From assembly GCA_963667175.2 (NCBI GenBank), contig CAXXXF010000003.1, positions 320,001 through 384,000 of the forward strand: a stretch of DNA of 64,000 bases, written 5' to 3'. Both the position numbers and the translations under genes were made by a program. Source of the stretch: Candidatus Latescibacterota bacterium. GTDB taxonomy: Bacteria; Latescibacterota; UBA2968; GCA-2709665. This document shows, piece after piece, positions 47,210 to 57,098 of this stretch (the first letter of the stretch is position 1; each line of letters begins with the position of its first letter). Under the pieces are notes generated by a model. That model had not been told where the DNA came from, ran no database searches, and worked only from the letters and a program-made list of their open reading frames with translations.

Positions 47210-49243
47210 ATGGCCCAGGCGCGTTCAACGGATCATCGGAACCGTTCGGAAGACCCCATGTCCGCCTGCCTGCCGCGCAGGGCTTGGCGCAGGCAGGCGC
47301 GGGGCGGCATCACCGCGCGGTCTGTGGTTCTGGGCCTGTTGACGGCGGCCGCGTCGGCCTATTACGGGATTGCCGGCTCGATGGTGCTGCACGTGGGGTC
47401 GCTGGTCAAGTCGAACTTCCCCGTGTCCCTGATTCTGGTGTTTACAATCTGGGTGATCATCAATATGGTGATCGCCCGGATTGCGCCTCGCAGCGTGCTT
47501 TCCCGCACGGAGATGATGGTCATCTTCGCGATGACGTGGATCGCGGGAATGATGCCCGGGGTGGGATGGACGGGGTATATGACGGGGGCGCTGCCCGCGC
47601 CGCACTTCTTCGCGACCCCGGAGAATCGCTGGGCGGAACTGTTCCTCGACGAGTTGCCGCACTGGGCGTTTCCCGAGCCCGTACCGGAAATTGTGGACCG
47701 GTTCTATTTCGGGTTGCGCAAGGGGGAGTCCGTTCCGTGGTCCGGGTGGCTCGCGCCGGTGGGCTGGTGGCTGGCGGGCAGCCTCGCCATGGTGGGCGTG
47801 GCTTTTTTCGTAACGACGATCTTTCATCGCCAGTGGACCGACGCCGAGCGGCTGACCTATCCGCTGGTCAGTTTTCCCACGGACCTGACCGAAGGGATCG
47901 GGCGCGGTCGCTGCATTCCCGCGCTCTTCCGGTCTCCGGTGTTCTGGCTGGGCTTTGCCTGGACCGCCGGGATCATCTGCTGGAATATCATCACGTTCTG
48001 GTACCCGCAGGCGCCGCGCGTCACGCTGTTCGATTCGGTGAATACCAAATGGATGGTGGTGGCCCAGAATTTCCCGAGGGTCTACTATCGGATTCTGCCG
48101 CTCGTGATCGGTCTGGGCTATCTGTGCCGCCTCGATCTGCTGTTCAGTTTCTGGTTCATGGGCCTGCTGGCGGTGGTGAAGGTGGGCGTGATGAACCGGA
48201 CCGGATTCACCGTGGGTATGGCGGGGCAGCCCTCCACGGGCAATGAAATCGTCAATCTGGAAAGCCATGGCGCAATGACGGTCCTGGTGGTGTGGTCGCT
48301 CTGGATGGCCAGGCGGCACCTCGTCTACGTGTGGAAGAAGGCCTGGGAAGGCGGCGGCGAGGGCGAGGGGCCGGTGTCCTATCGGACCGCGGTGGCCGGG
48401 CTCCTGGTCTGCGCGAGTTTCGTCTGCGGATTCTTCATGGCCGTGGGCCTCTCGTTCAGCCTTGCCCTGGGGCAGATGACGTTGATGTTCATCGCGTATT
48501 TCACGGTGGCGAAATACATGGCGGCGACGGGGTTCGGGTATCTCGTGCCCGTGGGCGGCAAGGGCGGCTGGTGGCTGAAGTCCGTCACCGGCACGGCGAC
48601 GATGGATACCCGCAACCTGGTGGGGTTGGGGCTTCTGAACAGCAGCGTCTTTTTCGGAGGGGGAAGGCTGCAGACGATTCAGATGCTGCCGCACCACCTG
48701 AAGGCGATGGACCATCTGAAAGCCCGCCGGGGATGGATCGGCGGGACGGTTTTTGTCGGATTCGTGGTCAGTTTCCTGGTTTGCGTGGGCTTCATTGTGT
48801 ATTACTGCTATACGGAGTCCGCGCTGTTCCTGCGGTCGTGGACGCTATGGGAGGGGCCGCACGGCATATTCAACGGTCTGGCAACGTCCATCGGCGAAAC
48901 GGACAGGACCGTATTCGACTCGCAAAAGCTGGGGGTCTGGCTGTTCGGCGCGGCCGAGGCGGGCCTGCTCGCGCTGCTGCGTACCTGGTTCCCGTGGTGG
49001 CCGCTCCATCCGCTGGGCCTCGCGTTCCAGTATACGACGGGTCCCAGATACTATGTGTTGAGCATTATGCTCGTGTGGGCCGCCAAGCTGTTGATCGTGC
49101 ATTACGGCGGGCCCAGGCTGTATGAGAAGGCCAAGCCGTTCTTCTACGGGACGGTGATCGGGTATTGCGCTGGCATCGGCATCGCGCAGGTGGTCGACCT
49201 GATCTGGTTTCCCGGCCATGGACACGGATTTCATAATTATTGA
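47210..49243 (+). CDS. DUF6785/DUF6784-type polytopic membrane protein (OPT-like putative transporter)
   Basis: FATPENRW, QWTDAERLTYPL, WWPLHPLG, HYGG.RLYEKAKPFF.G; many TM helices. Confidence 0.8.
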   Translation: MAQARSTDHRNRSEDPMSACLPRRAWRRQARGGITARSVVLGLLTAAASAYYGIAGSMVLHVGSLVKSNFPVSLILVFTIWVIINMVIARIAPRSVLSRTEMMVIFAMTWIAGMMPGVGWTGYMTGALPAPHFFATPENRWAELFLDELPHWAFPEPVPEIVDRFYFGLRKGESVPWSGWLAPVGWWLAGSLAMVGVAFFVTTIFHRQWTDAERLTYPLVSFPTDLTEGIGRGRCIPALFRSPVFWLGFAWTAGIICWNIITFWYPQAPRVTLFDSVNTKWMVVAQNFPRVYYRILPLVIGLGYLCRLDLLFSFWFMGLLAVVKVGVMNRTGFTVGMAGQPSTGNEIVNLESHGAMTVLVVWSLWMARRHLVYVWKKAWEGGGEGEGPVSYRTAVAGLLVCASFVCGFFMAVGLSFSLALGQMTLMFIAYFTVAKYMAATGFGYLVPVGGKGGWWLKSVTGTATMDTRNLVGLGLLNSSVFFGGGRLQTIQMLPHHLKAMDHLKARRGWIGGTVFVGFVVSFLVCVGFIVYYCYTESALFLRSWTLWEGPHGIFNGLATSIGETDRTVFDSQKLGVWLFGAAEAGLLALLRTWFPWWPLHPLGLAFQYTTGPRYYVLSIMLVWAAKLLIVHYGGPRLYEKAKPFFYGTVIGYCAGIGIAQVVDLIWFPGHGHGFHNY

Positions 49244-49244
49244 A

Positions 49245-49374
49245 AAAAGGCAGCAGTTGGCTATCAGCTATCAGCGGTCAGCGTGAACAAAAAATCAGCT
49301 CACACGAAGACACAAAGACACAAAGGAAATCCGGAAACACGCGAAAAGCAGGCAATCACGAGGGTTGCCCCTAC
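49245..49374 (+). repeat. Composite heptamer/octamer repeat followed by a GTAG-type REP
   Basis: tatcagc-tatcagc-ggtcagc..aatcagctcacacgaaga-cacaaaga-cacaaagg-aaatccggaaacacgcgaaa; ggcaatcacgagggttgcccctac. Confidence 0.82.
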
Positions 49375-49457
49375 AAACCAGGATTTAACGATCAGCCGTA
49401 AGATGAGACCGGCTCGCGAAACGGGTTTCTGATTGGCAACCGGGTGGAGGATGACAG

Positions 49458-50432
49458 ATGAAGGTCTTGTACCTGAACGTACCGGATATGCTCCAACCGT
49501 GGTACGACGATTTCAGGACTGAGGTCGGAGGCGACCATACGGTCTGCCTGTACGATCCCGCCAAACCCATGTCGCCGCAGTTTCAGGACGTGGAGGTCGT
49601 GGTGGACCAGGGGGGATCGGTGGGCACTCGAGCCCTGATCGACGCCGCGCTGGCCTCGCGCGTAAAGCTCTGGCAGGTGCTGGGCACGGGGGTGGACCAC
49701 GTTGACGTGGCGTATTTTCTGCAAAATGGCCTCACGCTTGCCAATACGCCCGGCCCGTTCAGCGCGGTGGCGCTGGCGGAGCACGCGATGTTCCTGATGC
49801 TCTACTTCGCGAAGCGGTTCGACGAGCACGTGCGAAATATCCGGCAGAAGGTGTTCTACTTTCCGTTGAGCGAGGAGCTGGCGGGGAAGACGCTCGGTCT
49901 CGTCGGGTTGGGCGCGAGCGGACAGGCGCTGGCCGCAAGGGCGAAAGCGATGGGGATGCGCATCGCTGCCGTGGACGCAATGGATATCCCGCGGGAAAGG
50001 CTGGAGGACCTGGGCGTGGAGGTGTTTGCGCCGCGCTCGGAACTGCATACGGTACTCGCGCAGGCCGACTACGTGTCGCTCCACGTGCCGCTGACGTCGC
50101 AGACGCGCCACATGATCGACAGCCAGGCGCTGGCGGCGATGAAATCCACGGCGGTGCTGATCAATGTGGCAAGAGGGGAAGTCGCGGATGAGGCCGCGCT
50201 GCTCGAGGCGTTGAGGAGCAGGCGCATCCGGGGCGCCGGACTGGACGTGTTCGCGGAAGAGCCGCTTCCCCCCGACCATCCGTTCCTGCAACTGCCCAAC
50301 GTCGTCGCAACCCCCCATACCGCCGGCCAGACGTACGGAACGTCGAAGCGGCGGGGAGAGGCCTGCGCGGAGAACGTGAAGCGAGTCGCGCAGGGGTTGG
50401 AGCCGCTGCACCGGATTACCGGGGTGGGCTGA
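49458..50432 (+). CDS. D-2-hydroxyacid dehydrogenase
   Basis: GLVGLGASG, LHVPLT, NVARG, LDVFAEEPL, TPHTAG. Confidence 0.93.
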   Translation: MKVLYLNVPDMLQPWYDDFRTEVGGDHTVCLYDPAKPMSPQFQDVEVVVDQGGSVGTRALIDAALASRVKLWQVLGTGVDHVDVAYFLQNGLTLANTPGPFSAVALAEHAMFLMLYFAKRFDEHVRNIRQKVFYFPLSEELAGKTLGLVGLGASGQALAARAKAMGMRIAAVDAMDIPRERLEDLGVEVFAPRSELHTVLAQADYVSLHVPLTSQTRHMIDSQALAAMKSTAVLINVARGEVADEAALLEALRSRRIRGAGLDVFAEEPLPPDHPFLQLPNVVATPHTAGQTYGTSKRRGEACAENVKRVAQGLEPLHRITGVG

Positions 50433-50512
50433 GGTCCGCGCGCAGGATGTAGACACCGGTACGCGACTGTAATCACAGTCAACCGGACCGCCCAGTACTT
50501 ATACAAATACAC

Positions 50513-50540
50513 TTGACAAACAGTACAGCCTTGTTGTAAT
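50513..50540 (+). promoter_or_regulatory. Putative sigma70 promoter of the TA-like operon
   Basis: TTGACA-N16-TGTAAT. Confidence 0.5.
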
Positions 50541-50578
50541 TTTTCGAATGTTGCGAAAAAGACAACCAAGGGGGAAGT

Positions 50579-51079
50579 ATGACAAGTATCGCTTTTCCAC
50601 CAACAGTGATGGCATTCAATCAGGGGATGGCAGGCATTGATGTACCTTGGGTTAGCGGGGAGGTTAGAGAAAAAGGCGTCAAATCCTTTGTCAAGATCGC
50701 GAGTGAAATGAACAGGGATACGAAGCGACATATCGCGTTCCTGCGAAACACGTACAAAGAGGCGGTTAAGTATCCCGATAGAATTAAGCGCCTGATGCCC
50801 TATCAGGACATAGACGCGTCCGTCGAGTATATGGAAAATATCGAGGAAATGTTAAAGAACAGCCTGAAGACTTTCGGCCGGCTTCTCAATAGCGCCGGGC
50901 CGGAAACCGACAGCAGGAAGGTAGACGCGCTAAGTTCTTTGATAGAATCCATTAAAGCGATGATTGGAATGTGCCAGGACCTTCGATGGCATGTGATGAT
51001 TCACGAGGCTCAGAACGAACCTGCGTCAGAAAACGTCTGCGAGTCGCCGGAGGAATTTCTGAAAAAGCTGTGGGAATGA
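50579..51079 (+). CDS. Hypothetical helical protein, putative antitoxin
   Basis: Directly upstream of the RelE-like gene; acidic C-terminal ESPEEFLKKL like RelB-type toxin-binding tails. Confidence 0.6.
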   Translation: MTSIAFPPTVMAFNQGMAGIDVPWVSGEVREKGVKSFVKIASEMNRDTKRHIAFLRNTYKEAVKYPDRIKRLMPYQDIDASVEYMENIEEMLKNSLKTFGRLLNSAGPETDSRKVDALSSLIESIKAMIGMCQDLRWHVMIHEAQNEPASENVCESPEEFLKKLWE

Positions 51080-51083
51080 TGGA

Positions 51084-51386
51084 ATGGCAAACCACCAGCA
51101 TTTGCCGATCAGATTGGAAGAGCCGAGCAGGAGATTCGCCAGACAAGCCCGAAAGTTGCCCCCGCAGGTACGAGAAAACCTATCCGATACAATAAAGGAA
51201 CTTGCAACCAATACACTGGGAAAAGGCAGAAGATTCGAATCAGTGGCCGGTTACGATGATGTTTTCAGCATCAGGTTGGACAGAAAGTATAGAGTAGCCA
51301 TAAAAATCCTCGACGCCGGGATAGGCCGCCTTCTCATTGTCGGGAAACATGACGTCGTATACGAGTCTCTGAATCGCGCCAGGTAA
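51084..51386 (+). CDS. RelE/HigB-like toxin
   Basis: RFARQARKLP, FSIRLDRKYRV, VGKHDVVY. Confidence 0.8.
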   Translation: MANHQHLPIRLEEPSRRFARQARKLPPQVRENLSDTIKELATNTLGKGRRFESVAGYDDVFSIRLDRKYRVAIKILDAGIGRLLIVGKHDVVYESLNRAR

Positions 51387-51610
51387 ATCCACGCTTAGAT
51401 TTACGCTCCTTTATTGTTCCACGCCTCCTGCACGACTCCCGAATGTCATTCACAGTCAAATCTGCTCAAGCGTCTCCGCGACCCTCAACAAGTCTCCGCG
51501 CCCTTTCTCTACGTCCCACGATTCTAAACACCCTTAACCACCTCTGCCACCTGCAACCTGCATTCCGACGTTACCCCCCCGGACAACAATCATCGTCGCG
51601 AGACGATGAT

Positions 51611-53035
51611 GGGAATGTACCTATCTTAGTTGAAATAGAAGAGGCTCCGATGTAAATTGGATACAGTAGTCCCGAGTAGAATACTGTATCCTCATACGAA
51701 AGGAGCCTGTAATGAGCAAGGTATCATCGAAGTCTCGTGAAGTCAAGTTGAACACGGAAGGTGTTGTGAGTTCCAGGGCGGTCTCCGCAGGTATGCTGGA
51801 GGATGTTGACGTCCGTGTGGCCTTGATCCAGTCGCTGATCCCTCTGGGTCTGGCCGCCGTGGAAGAAATCTTGCAGAATGAGGTCGCCGCGTTGACGGGC
51901 AAGAGATACAGTCGTAAAGCAGACAAGGCCCCGAATCGCCGGTGGGGCGTGCAACGTGGATCGGTGTATCTATCGGACCAGAAAGTGCCCGTGGCGGTAC
52001 CGAGGGTGCGCGACGTGGAAGCCAATGAGGAGGTGCCTCTACAGGCGTATCGCCGCTTGCAGCGCCCCAGAGACATGGACGAAGGGTTGCTGCTTCGCGT
52101 TCTGGGCGGCCTTGCCACGCGTTCTTACGCCAGTTGCGCAGAGGCGGTACCCGAGGCGTTTGGCTTGTCTTCGTCGACGGTCTCGAAGCGGTTCATAAAG
52201 ACATCAGCGGCCAAGCTGAGGCAGTTTCAAGAACGGTCGCTTGCCGGCTATGACCTGGTGGGGCTGTTTATGGATGGCAAGACCTTTGCCGATCAGCAAA
52301 TGATCATCGCCCTTGGCGTGACAATCGACGGGGACAAGGTCCCGCTGGGGTTCGTGCAGGCCGCCAGTGAAAATGAGCGCGTGTGCCGGCAGTTTGTCAA
52401 TTCGCTCATCGATCGCGGACTGCAGTATCACCAGGGGCTGCTGTGCCTCATCGACGGCTCGAAGGGGTTGCGGACCGCGCTGACCAAGGCCCTATCCGGA
52501 TACGTCGCCATTCAACGCTGCCAGTGGCACAAACGGGAAAACGTGATCGCCTATCTGCCAAAATCACAGCAGGATGAGGTCAGAAAGGCCCTCCACGATG
52601 CGTACGACAAGGAGACCTACAACGAAGCCAAAGCCGCGCTACAGGCCCTCAAACCCTCCCTGGCGCTGAGGAACGCATCGGCACTGAACAGCCTCGAGGA
52701 AGGGCTCGAAGAAACCCTCACCCTCCATCGGCTGGGGCTCATGCCACAGCTCAAACAATCGTTCCGCACCACCAACTGTATCGAATCCCTCAACGCCATG
52801 GTCGCTCAGCGCACACGAAATGTAAAACGATGGAACAACTCCGATCAGCGATATCGGTGGTTGGCAGCCGCGCTGTTAGACATCGAGCCACGACTGCGGA
52901 GAATCAAAGGATACCGCTTTCTTCCTATACTCAGACTTGCCCTACAAAAACACCTCAACCTCGATCACGACGCGCAAGAGGCTTTCGCCGCCGACTAAAC
53001 GCCTCTCCCGTTTCAACTAAAAATAGTACTTGCCC
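51611..53035 (+). mobile_element. IS256-family insertion sequence
   Basis: IRL gggaatgtacctatcttagttgaaa / IRR (reverse complement) gggcaagtactatttttagttgaaa flanking the transposase. Confidence 0.9.
51712..52998 (+). CDS. IS256-family (Mutator) transposase
   Basis: VPRVRD, LFMDG, ALGVTIDGDK..LG, IDGSKGL, QRCQWHK, TTNCIESLN. Confidence 0.93.
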   Translation: MSKVSSKSREVKLNTEGVVSSRAVSAGMLEDVDVRVALIQSLIPLGLAAVEEILQNEVAALTGKRYSRKADKAPNRRWGVQRGSVYLSDQKVPVAVPRVRDVEANEEVPLQAYRRLQRPRDMDEGLLLRVLGGLATRSYASCAEAVPEAFGLSSSTVSKRFIKTSAAKLRQFQERSLAGYDLVGLFMDGKTFADQQMIIALGVTIDGDKVPLGFVQAASENERVCRQFVNSLIDRGLQYHQGLLCLIDGSKGLRTALTKALSGYVAIQRCQWHKRENVIAYLPKSQQDEVRKALHDAYDKETYNEAKAALQALKPSLALRNASALNSLEEGLEETLTLHRLGLMPQLKQSFRTTNCIESLNAMVAQRTRNVKRWNNSDQRYRWLAAALLDIEPRLRRIKGYRFLPILRLALQKHLNLDHDAQEAFAAD

Positions 53036-53482
53036 GTCGCGAGTTCTACTATGGGTTGTTATTCCCTTATGGGAGGCATGGTGTGACTCTGAGCCTGTGG
53101 TGGTGTCCTGAGCTCGTCCAAGGGTGGCGAAAAGCTGGCTCGTTGACAGACCGTACCGAGTAGCTCATCGTTAACGACGCATTGAGACCGCTGGTTTCGG
53201 CGGCCTGTTACAATCTATTCCTTTCAGGAATATAATCTATATTAACTATTCGTTTTTATATTGTATTAAATTCGCCTAGATTGAACCCGGATGTTCTGTG
53301 GCAATACACGAATCGTAAAGATTGCAACGCCTACTCGACGGGAACATGGGCAGGCGTGTTAGTAAGTTCATCATACGCAATGACGACGTTTCTGTTAGCT
53401 CTGTGCAAGCGGTGCAAGGAGCACAAGCAATACGGCCCGCGTCAGCAATGCAGGAAGGACGAGCCATAACCATCAAACGGAT

Positions 53483-53935
53483 GTGACAATGGTCATGCAT
53501 AATGGGAGGGCAAGCAAAATGAGGTTAGCGCTGTTAGGAATTTTGGCGATGCTCTGCGGCTGTAGGACGATGGTTCCCAGGTTCTACATAGATCGCGCAA
53601 TTTCGAAATACGAGGCAGTGGCAGACCATATAGAATTGGGAGATAGCATTGAGCAAGTGTTGGCGATCCTCGAGCCGACACAGGAAGGACTGCCGAGATC
53701 CGCGCGCAAAAGTCCCGAAAAATACATCAAGTATGGTGTTAAGGTCGAGATACACTTCGCGAGGGCATCGCGCCAGCCGGACGGCCGTACTACAGATGAT
53801 GAATTCGTGCCGTATCTCTTCAACGATGGCAAGCTTGTCGGGATCGGCTGGATCTTGCTGGGCGGCCCGACGACTCGGGGGCAAAAAACGCCAAGTATCA
53901 ATATCCAAGAGCAAGACACCTCAATCGTGTTTTAA
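53483..53935 (+). CDS. DUF3192-like lipoprotein
   Basis: Lipobox LCGC; DGRTTDDEFVPYLFNDGKLVGIGW. Confidence 0.7.
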   Translation: MTMVMHNGRASKMRLALLGILAMLCGCRTMVPRFYIDRAISKYEAVADHIELGDSIEQVLAILEPTQEGLPRSARKSPEKYIKYGVKVEIHFARASRQPDGRTTDDEFVPYLFNDGKLVGIGWILLGGPTTRGQKTPSINIQEQDTSIVF

Positions 53936-54044
53936 CGAGTTATAGAGGGCTCCGACATCGCGTAGTTTGCCTCACTTGCCTTTGTATGCACGCGTATACG
54001 GTAAAACGAGTCCATTTTGACGCAGATCGGGAAGGACGGGCTTT

Positions 54045-54656
54045 ATGTCTTTGGGTCACTGCAGTGCCGAGGGATATCTGAGGTTTGACACACGCGAGTT
54101 TTTCGAGGAGACCGCACGTCTCGCTGTCGATTTGGCCGAAGGAACTGGCGAATCGAATGTGAAATTGCTGTGGCTCCTTATTTTTTCCCATAATTTGCTC
54201 CAAAGTGCAATGGTAAATGTCCTGCGTGGAAGTGCCAATGTCGGCGCTCTTGACAAGAAATCGCAAAAGGAACACATCAGGTGGTTAAACGAAACCCGCA
54301 ACGGACAAGACAGTGCTGAGCCGCCGAGCAAGTCTCGCCTCGCTGACTTTAAGTCCCTCCTGATGCGCGTTCAAGATGGTCAATGGATTTGCCCCCCGTT
54401 GCAATTGGATCAACAACGGCGAAAGGAACTGGATTCATTAAACAAGTACAGGAACGAATTCATACACTTTATCGATTGCAGTTGGTCTTTGCATGTTGAT
54501 GATGTTCGTGCACCAATACTCGCTTCCCTTGAGGTGACGGGCGAAGTCCTGCAACACAATGAAAGCTGGCGCTGGACGTCGGAGGACGGATTTACGCAAC
54601 GCGTCAACGAGTACTTGGCCAAGATCAGGAATTGTGTTGGAAAATTCGATGCCTGA
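54045..54656 (+). CDS. Putative HEPN-domain protein
   Basis: Predominantly helical; LNKYRNEFIHF gives an Rx4H motif. Confidence 0.6.
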   Translation: MSLGHCSAEGYLRFDTREFFEETARLAVDLAEGTGESNVKLLWLLIFSHNLLQSAMVNVLRGSANVGALDKKSQKEHIRWLNETRNGQDSAEPPSKSRLADFKSLLMRVQDGQWICPPLQLDQQRRKELDSLNKYRNEFIHFIDCSWSLHVDDVRAPILASLEVTGEVLQHNESWRWTSEDGFTQRVNEYLAKIRNCVGKFDA

Positions 54657-54869
54657 AATTCTGAGGTAAATTCCTCGACTCGCGATATGGAAATCGAACT
54701 CAACCGGAAAGACGTATGGCCCGAGGGTCGCGAATCCACGTTGCCGTGGGAGCTTGTCCGGATGGAAATTGCGAAGCATATCTGGGACAGCCGACAAAGC
54801 TCGAAGTTAACGGCATTCGAATACGCCTCTCGCGCCTCGCGGATCCACAAGTGAAGGAAAGGACGATAA

Positions 54870-57098
54870 ATGCCAACAGCGAAAATCACCTGGACGAAGA
54901 TCGACGAAGCCCCCGCGCTGGCCACCTGCGCGTTACTGCCGATTCTCCAGTCGTACACCCGGGGGTCCGGCATCGAAGTCGAACAGAGCGACATTTCTCT
55001 TGCCGGCCGGATCATCGCCAACTTCCCCGAAAACCTCACCGAAGCGCAGCGGATTCCGGACTGCCTGGATGAACTGGGCGCCCTGGCCAGGAAACCCGAG
55101 GCCAATATTCTCAAGCTGCCCAACATCAGCGCCACGGTCCCGCAGCTGAAGGCGGCAATCGGGGAGTTGCAGGCAAAAGGATACGATATTCCGGACTATC
55201 CCGACGAGCCCCGGAACGACGCGGAGAAGGCACTGCAGTCCCGCTTTTCCGCGGTGCTCGGTTCCGCGGTCAATCCGGTTCTTCGTGAGGGGAACTCGGA
55301 CCGGCGCGCCGCAACATCGGTCAAAGAGTTCTCTCGGAAACATCCCCACAGGATGATGCGGCCGTGGCCGGCGTCCGGGTCCAGGGCCCGGGTTGCCCAC
55401 ATGACGGGCGGGGATTTCTTCGAGAGTGAGAAATCCAGCACGATGTCCGCCGCGACAAGCGTGCGGATCGAGTTCGTGGCCGCCGACGGGAGGGTCACCG
55501 CGCTCAAGGACGGGATATCTCTGGAGGCCGGAGAGGTGGTCGACACCGCGGTGATGAACGTAGGAGCCCTCCGGCGGTTCTTTTCGGAACAGATGGACGC
55601 CGCGGCACGGGAAGGGGCGCTGCTGTCCCTGCATCTCAAATCCACGATGATGAAGGTCTCCGATCCCATTATGTTCGGCCACTGTGTCTCGGTCTATTTC
55701 CGGGATGCGCTGGAAAAACACGCCGCCGCACTGGAATCAATCGGCGTTGATCCCAAATACGGCCTTGCCGACGTGCTGGAAAGGCTCGAGCGCCTGCCGG
55801 CAGACGTAAAGGCCGGTATCGAGGCCGATATCTCCGCCGTTTACGACAGCCGACCCGGCCTGGCGATGGTCGATTCGGATCGCGGCATCACCAATCTCCA
55901 TATGCCGAACGACGTCATTATCGATGCCTCGATGCCCAACGTGGTCCGCGACGGAGGCAAAATGTGGAACCGGGAGGGCGAACTGCAGGATGCGATCGCC
56001 ATGGTGCCGGACCGGTGCTATGCGACCATGTATAAGGAGATTCTGGAAGACGCGAAGGCGCGGGGGCAGTTCGACCCCTCTACAATGGGCAGTGTGTCCA
56101 ACGTGGGTCTGATGGCGCAGAAGGCTGAGGAGTACGGGTCCCACGACAAGACCTTCGAAGCCCGCGGCGCCGGAGAGATTCGGGTCGTCGACCCAACCGG
56201 GAAGGCGCTGATGGAACAGAGGGTCGAGACCGGAGACATCTTCCGGATGTGCCAGACCAGGGATGCCGCGATCAGGGATTGGGTCGGCCTGGCAATAGGG
56301 CGGGCGAGCGCCACCGCCGCGCCTGTGGTGTTCTGGCTGGACGAGCGCCGGGCGCACGATGCCGAAATCATCGGGAAGCTGAACGCCTGTCTGCCGGACC
56401 ACGACGCCGCGGGTCTGGACGTCCGCGTGATGAAGCCGCAGGACGCGATGCGGTTTTCCCTGCAACGGATACGTCGGGGGGAAGATACGATTGCGGCAAC
56501 GGGCAACGTGCTGCGTGACTATCTGACGGATCTCTTCCCCATACTGGAACTCGGGACCAGCGCGAGGATGCTGTCGATCGTCAGGTTGATGAACGGAGGG
56601 GGGTTGTTCGAAACCGGGGCGGGCGGATCGGCGCCCAAGCACGTCCAGCAGTTTCTGAAAGAGGGCCATCTGAGGTGGGATTCGCTGGGCGAATATTGCG
56701 CCCTCGTGCCCTCGTTTCGTCTGATCGCCGAAACTGCCGCGAACGCAAAGGCCACCGTGTTCGCGGATACGCTGGACCGGGCGATTACGAAGTACCTGGA
56801 GAACTCGCGGTCTCCGTCTCGCAAGGTAAATGAAATCGACAACCGGGGCAGCACCTTCTATCTCGCCATGTACTGGGCGCAGGCCCTCGCGGAACAGGAC
56901 GCCGACGCGGAACTCAAAGCGCGGTTCGGGAAAATTGCGGGAAAGCTGGAGGAGAATGAGGACCGGATTACGGCGGAACTGCTTGCCGCTCAAGGCGCCC
57001 CGGTCGAACTTGGCGGCTATTACGCGCCAGACCCGGAATTGACCGGCCGGGCCATGCGTCCCAGCCGGACCTTCAACGCCATTATAGACGACGCGTAA
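54870..57098 (+). CDS. icd: NADP-dependent isocitrate dehydrogenase, monomeric type
   Basis: [59 protein letters not shown]; 742 aa. Confidence 0.97.
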   Translation: MPTAKITWTKIDEAPALATCALLPILQSYTRGSGIEVEQSDISLAGRIIANFPENLTEAQRIPDCLDELGALARKPEANILKLPNISATVPQLKAAIGELQAKGYDIPDYPDEPRNDAEKALQSRFSAVLGSAVNPVLREGNSDRRAATSVKEFSRKHPHRMMRPWPASGSRARVAHMTGGDFFESEKSSTMSAATSVRIEFVAADGRVTALKDGISLEAGEVVDTAVMNVGALRRFFSEQMDAAAREGALLSLHLKSTMMKVSDPIMFGHCVSVYFRDALEKHAAALESIGVDPKYGLADVLERLERLPADVKAGIEADISAVYDSRPGLAMVDSDRGITNLHMPNDVIIDASMPNVVRDGGKMWNREGELQDAIAMVPDRCYATMYKEILEDAKARGQFDPSTMGSVSNVGLMAQKAEEYGSHDKTFEARGAGEIRVVDPTGKALMEQRVETGDIFRMCQTRDAAIRDWVGLAIGRASATAAPVVFWLDERRAHDAEIIGKLNACLPDHDAAGLDVRVMKPQDAMRFSLQRIRRGEDTIAATGNVLRDYLTDLFPILELGTSARMLSIVRLMNGGGLFETGAGGSAPKHVQQFLKEGHLRWDSLGEYCALVPSFRLIAETAANAKATVFADTLDRAITKYLENSRSPSRKVNEIDNRGSTFYLAMYWAQALAEQDADAELKARFGKIAGKLEENEDRITAELLAAQGAPVELGGYYAPDPELTGRAMRPSRTFNAIIDDA

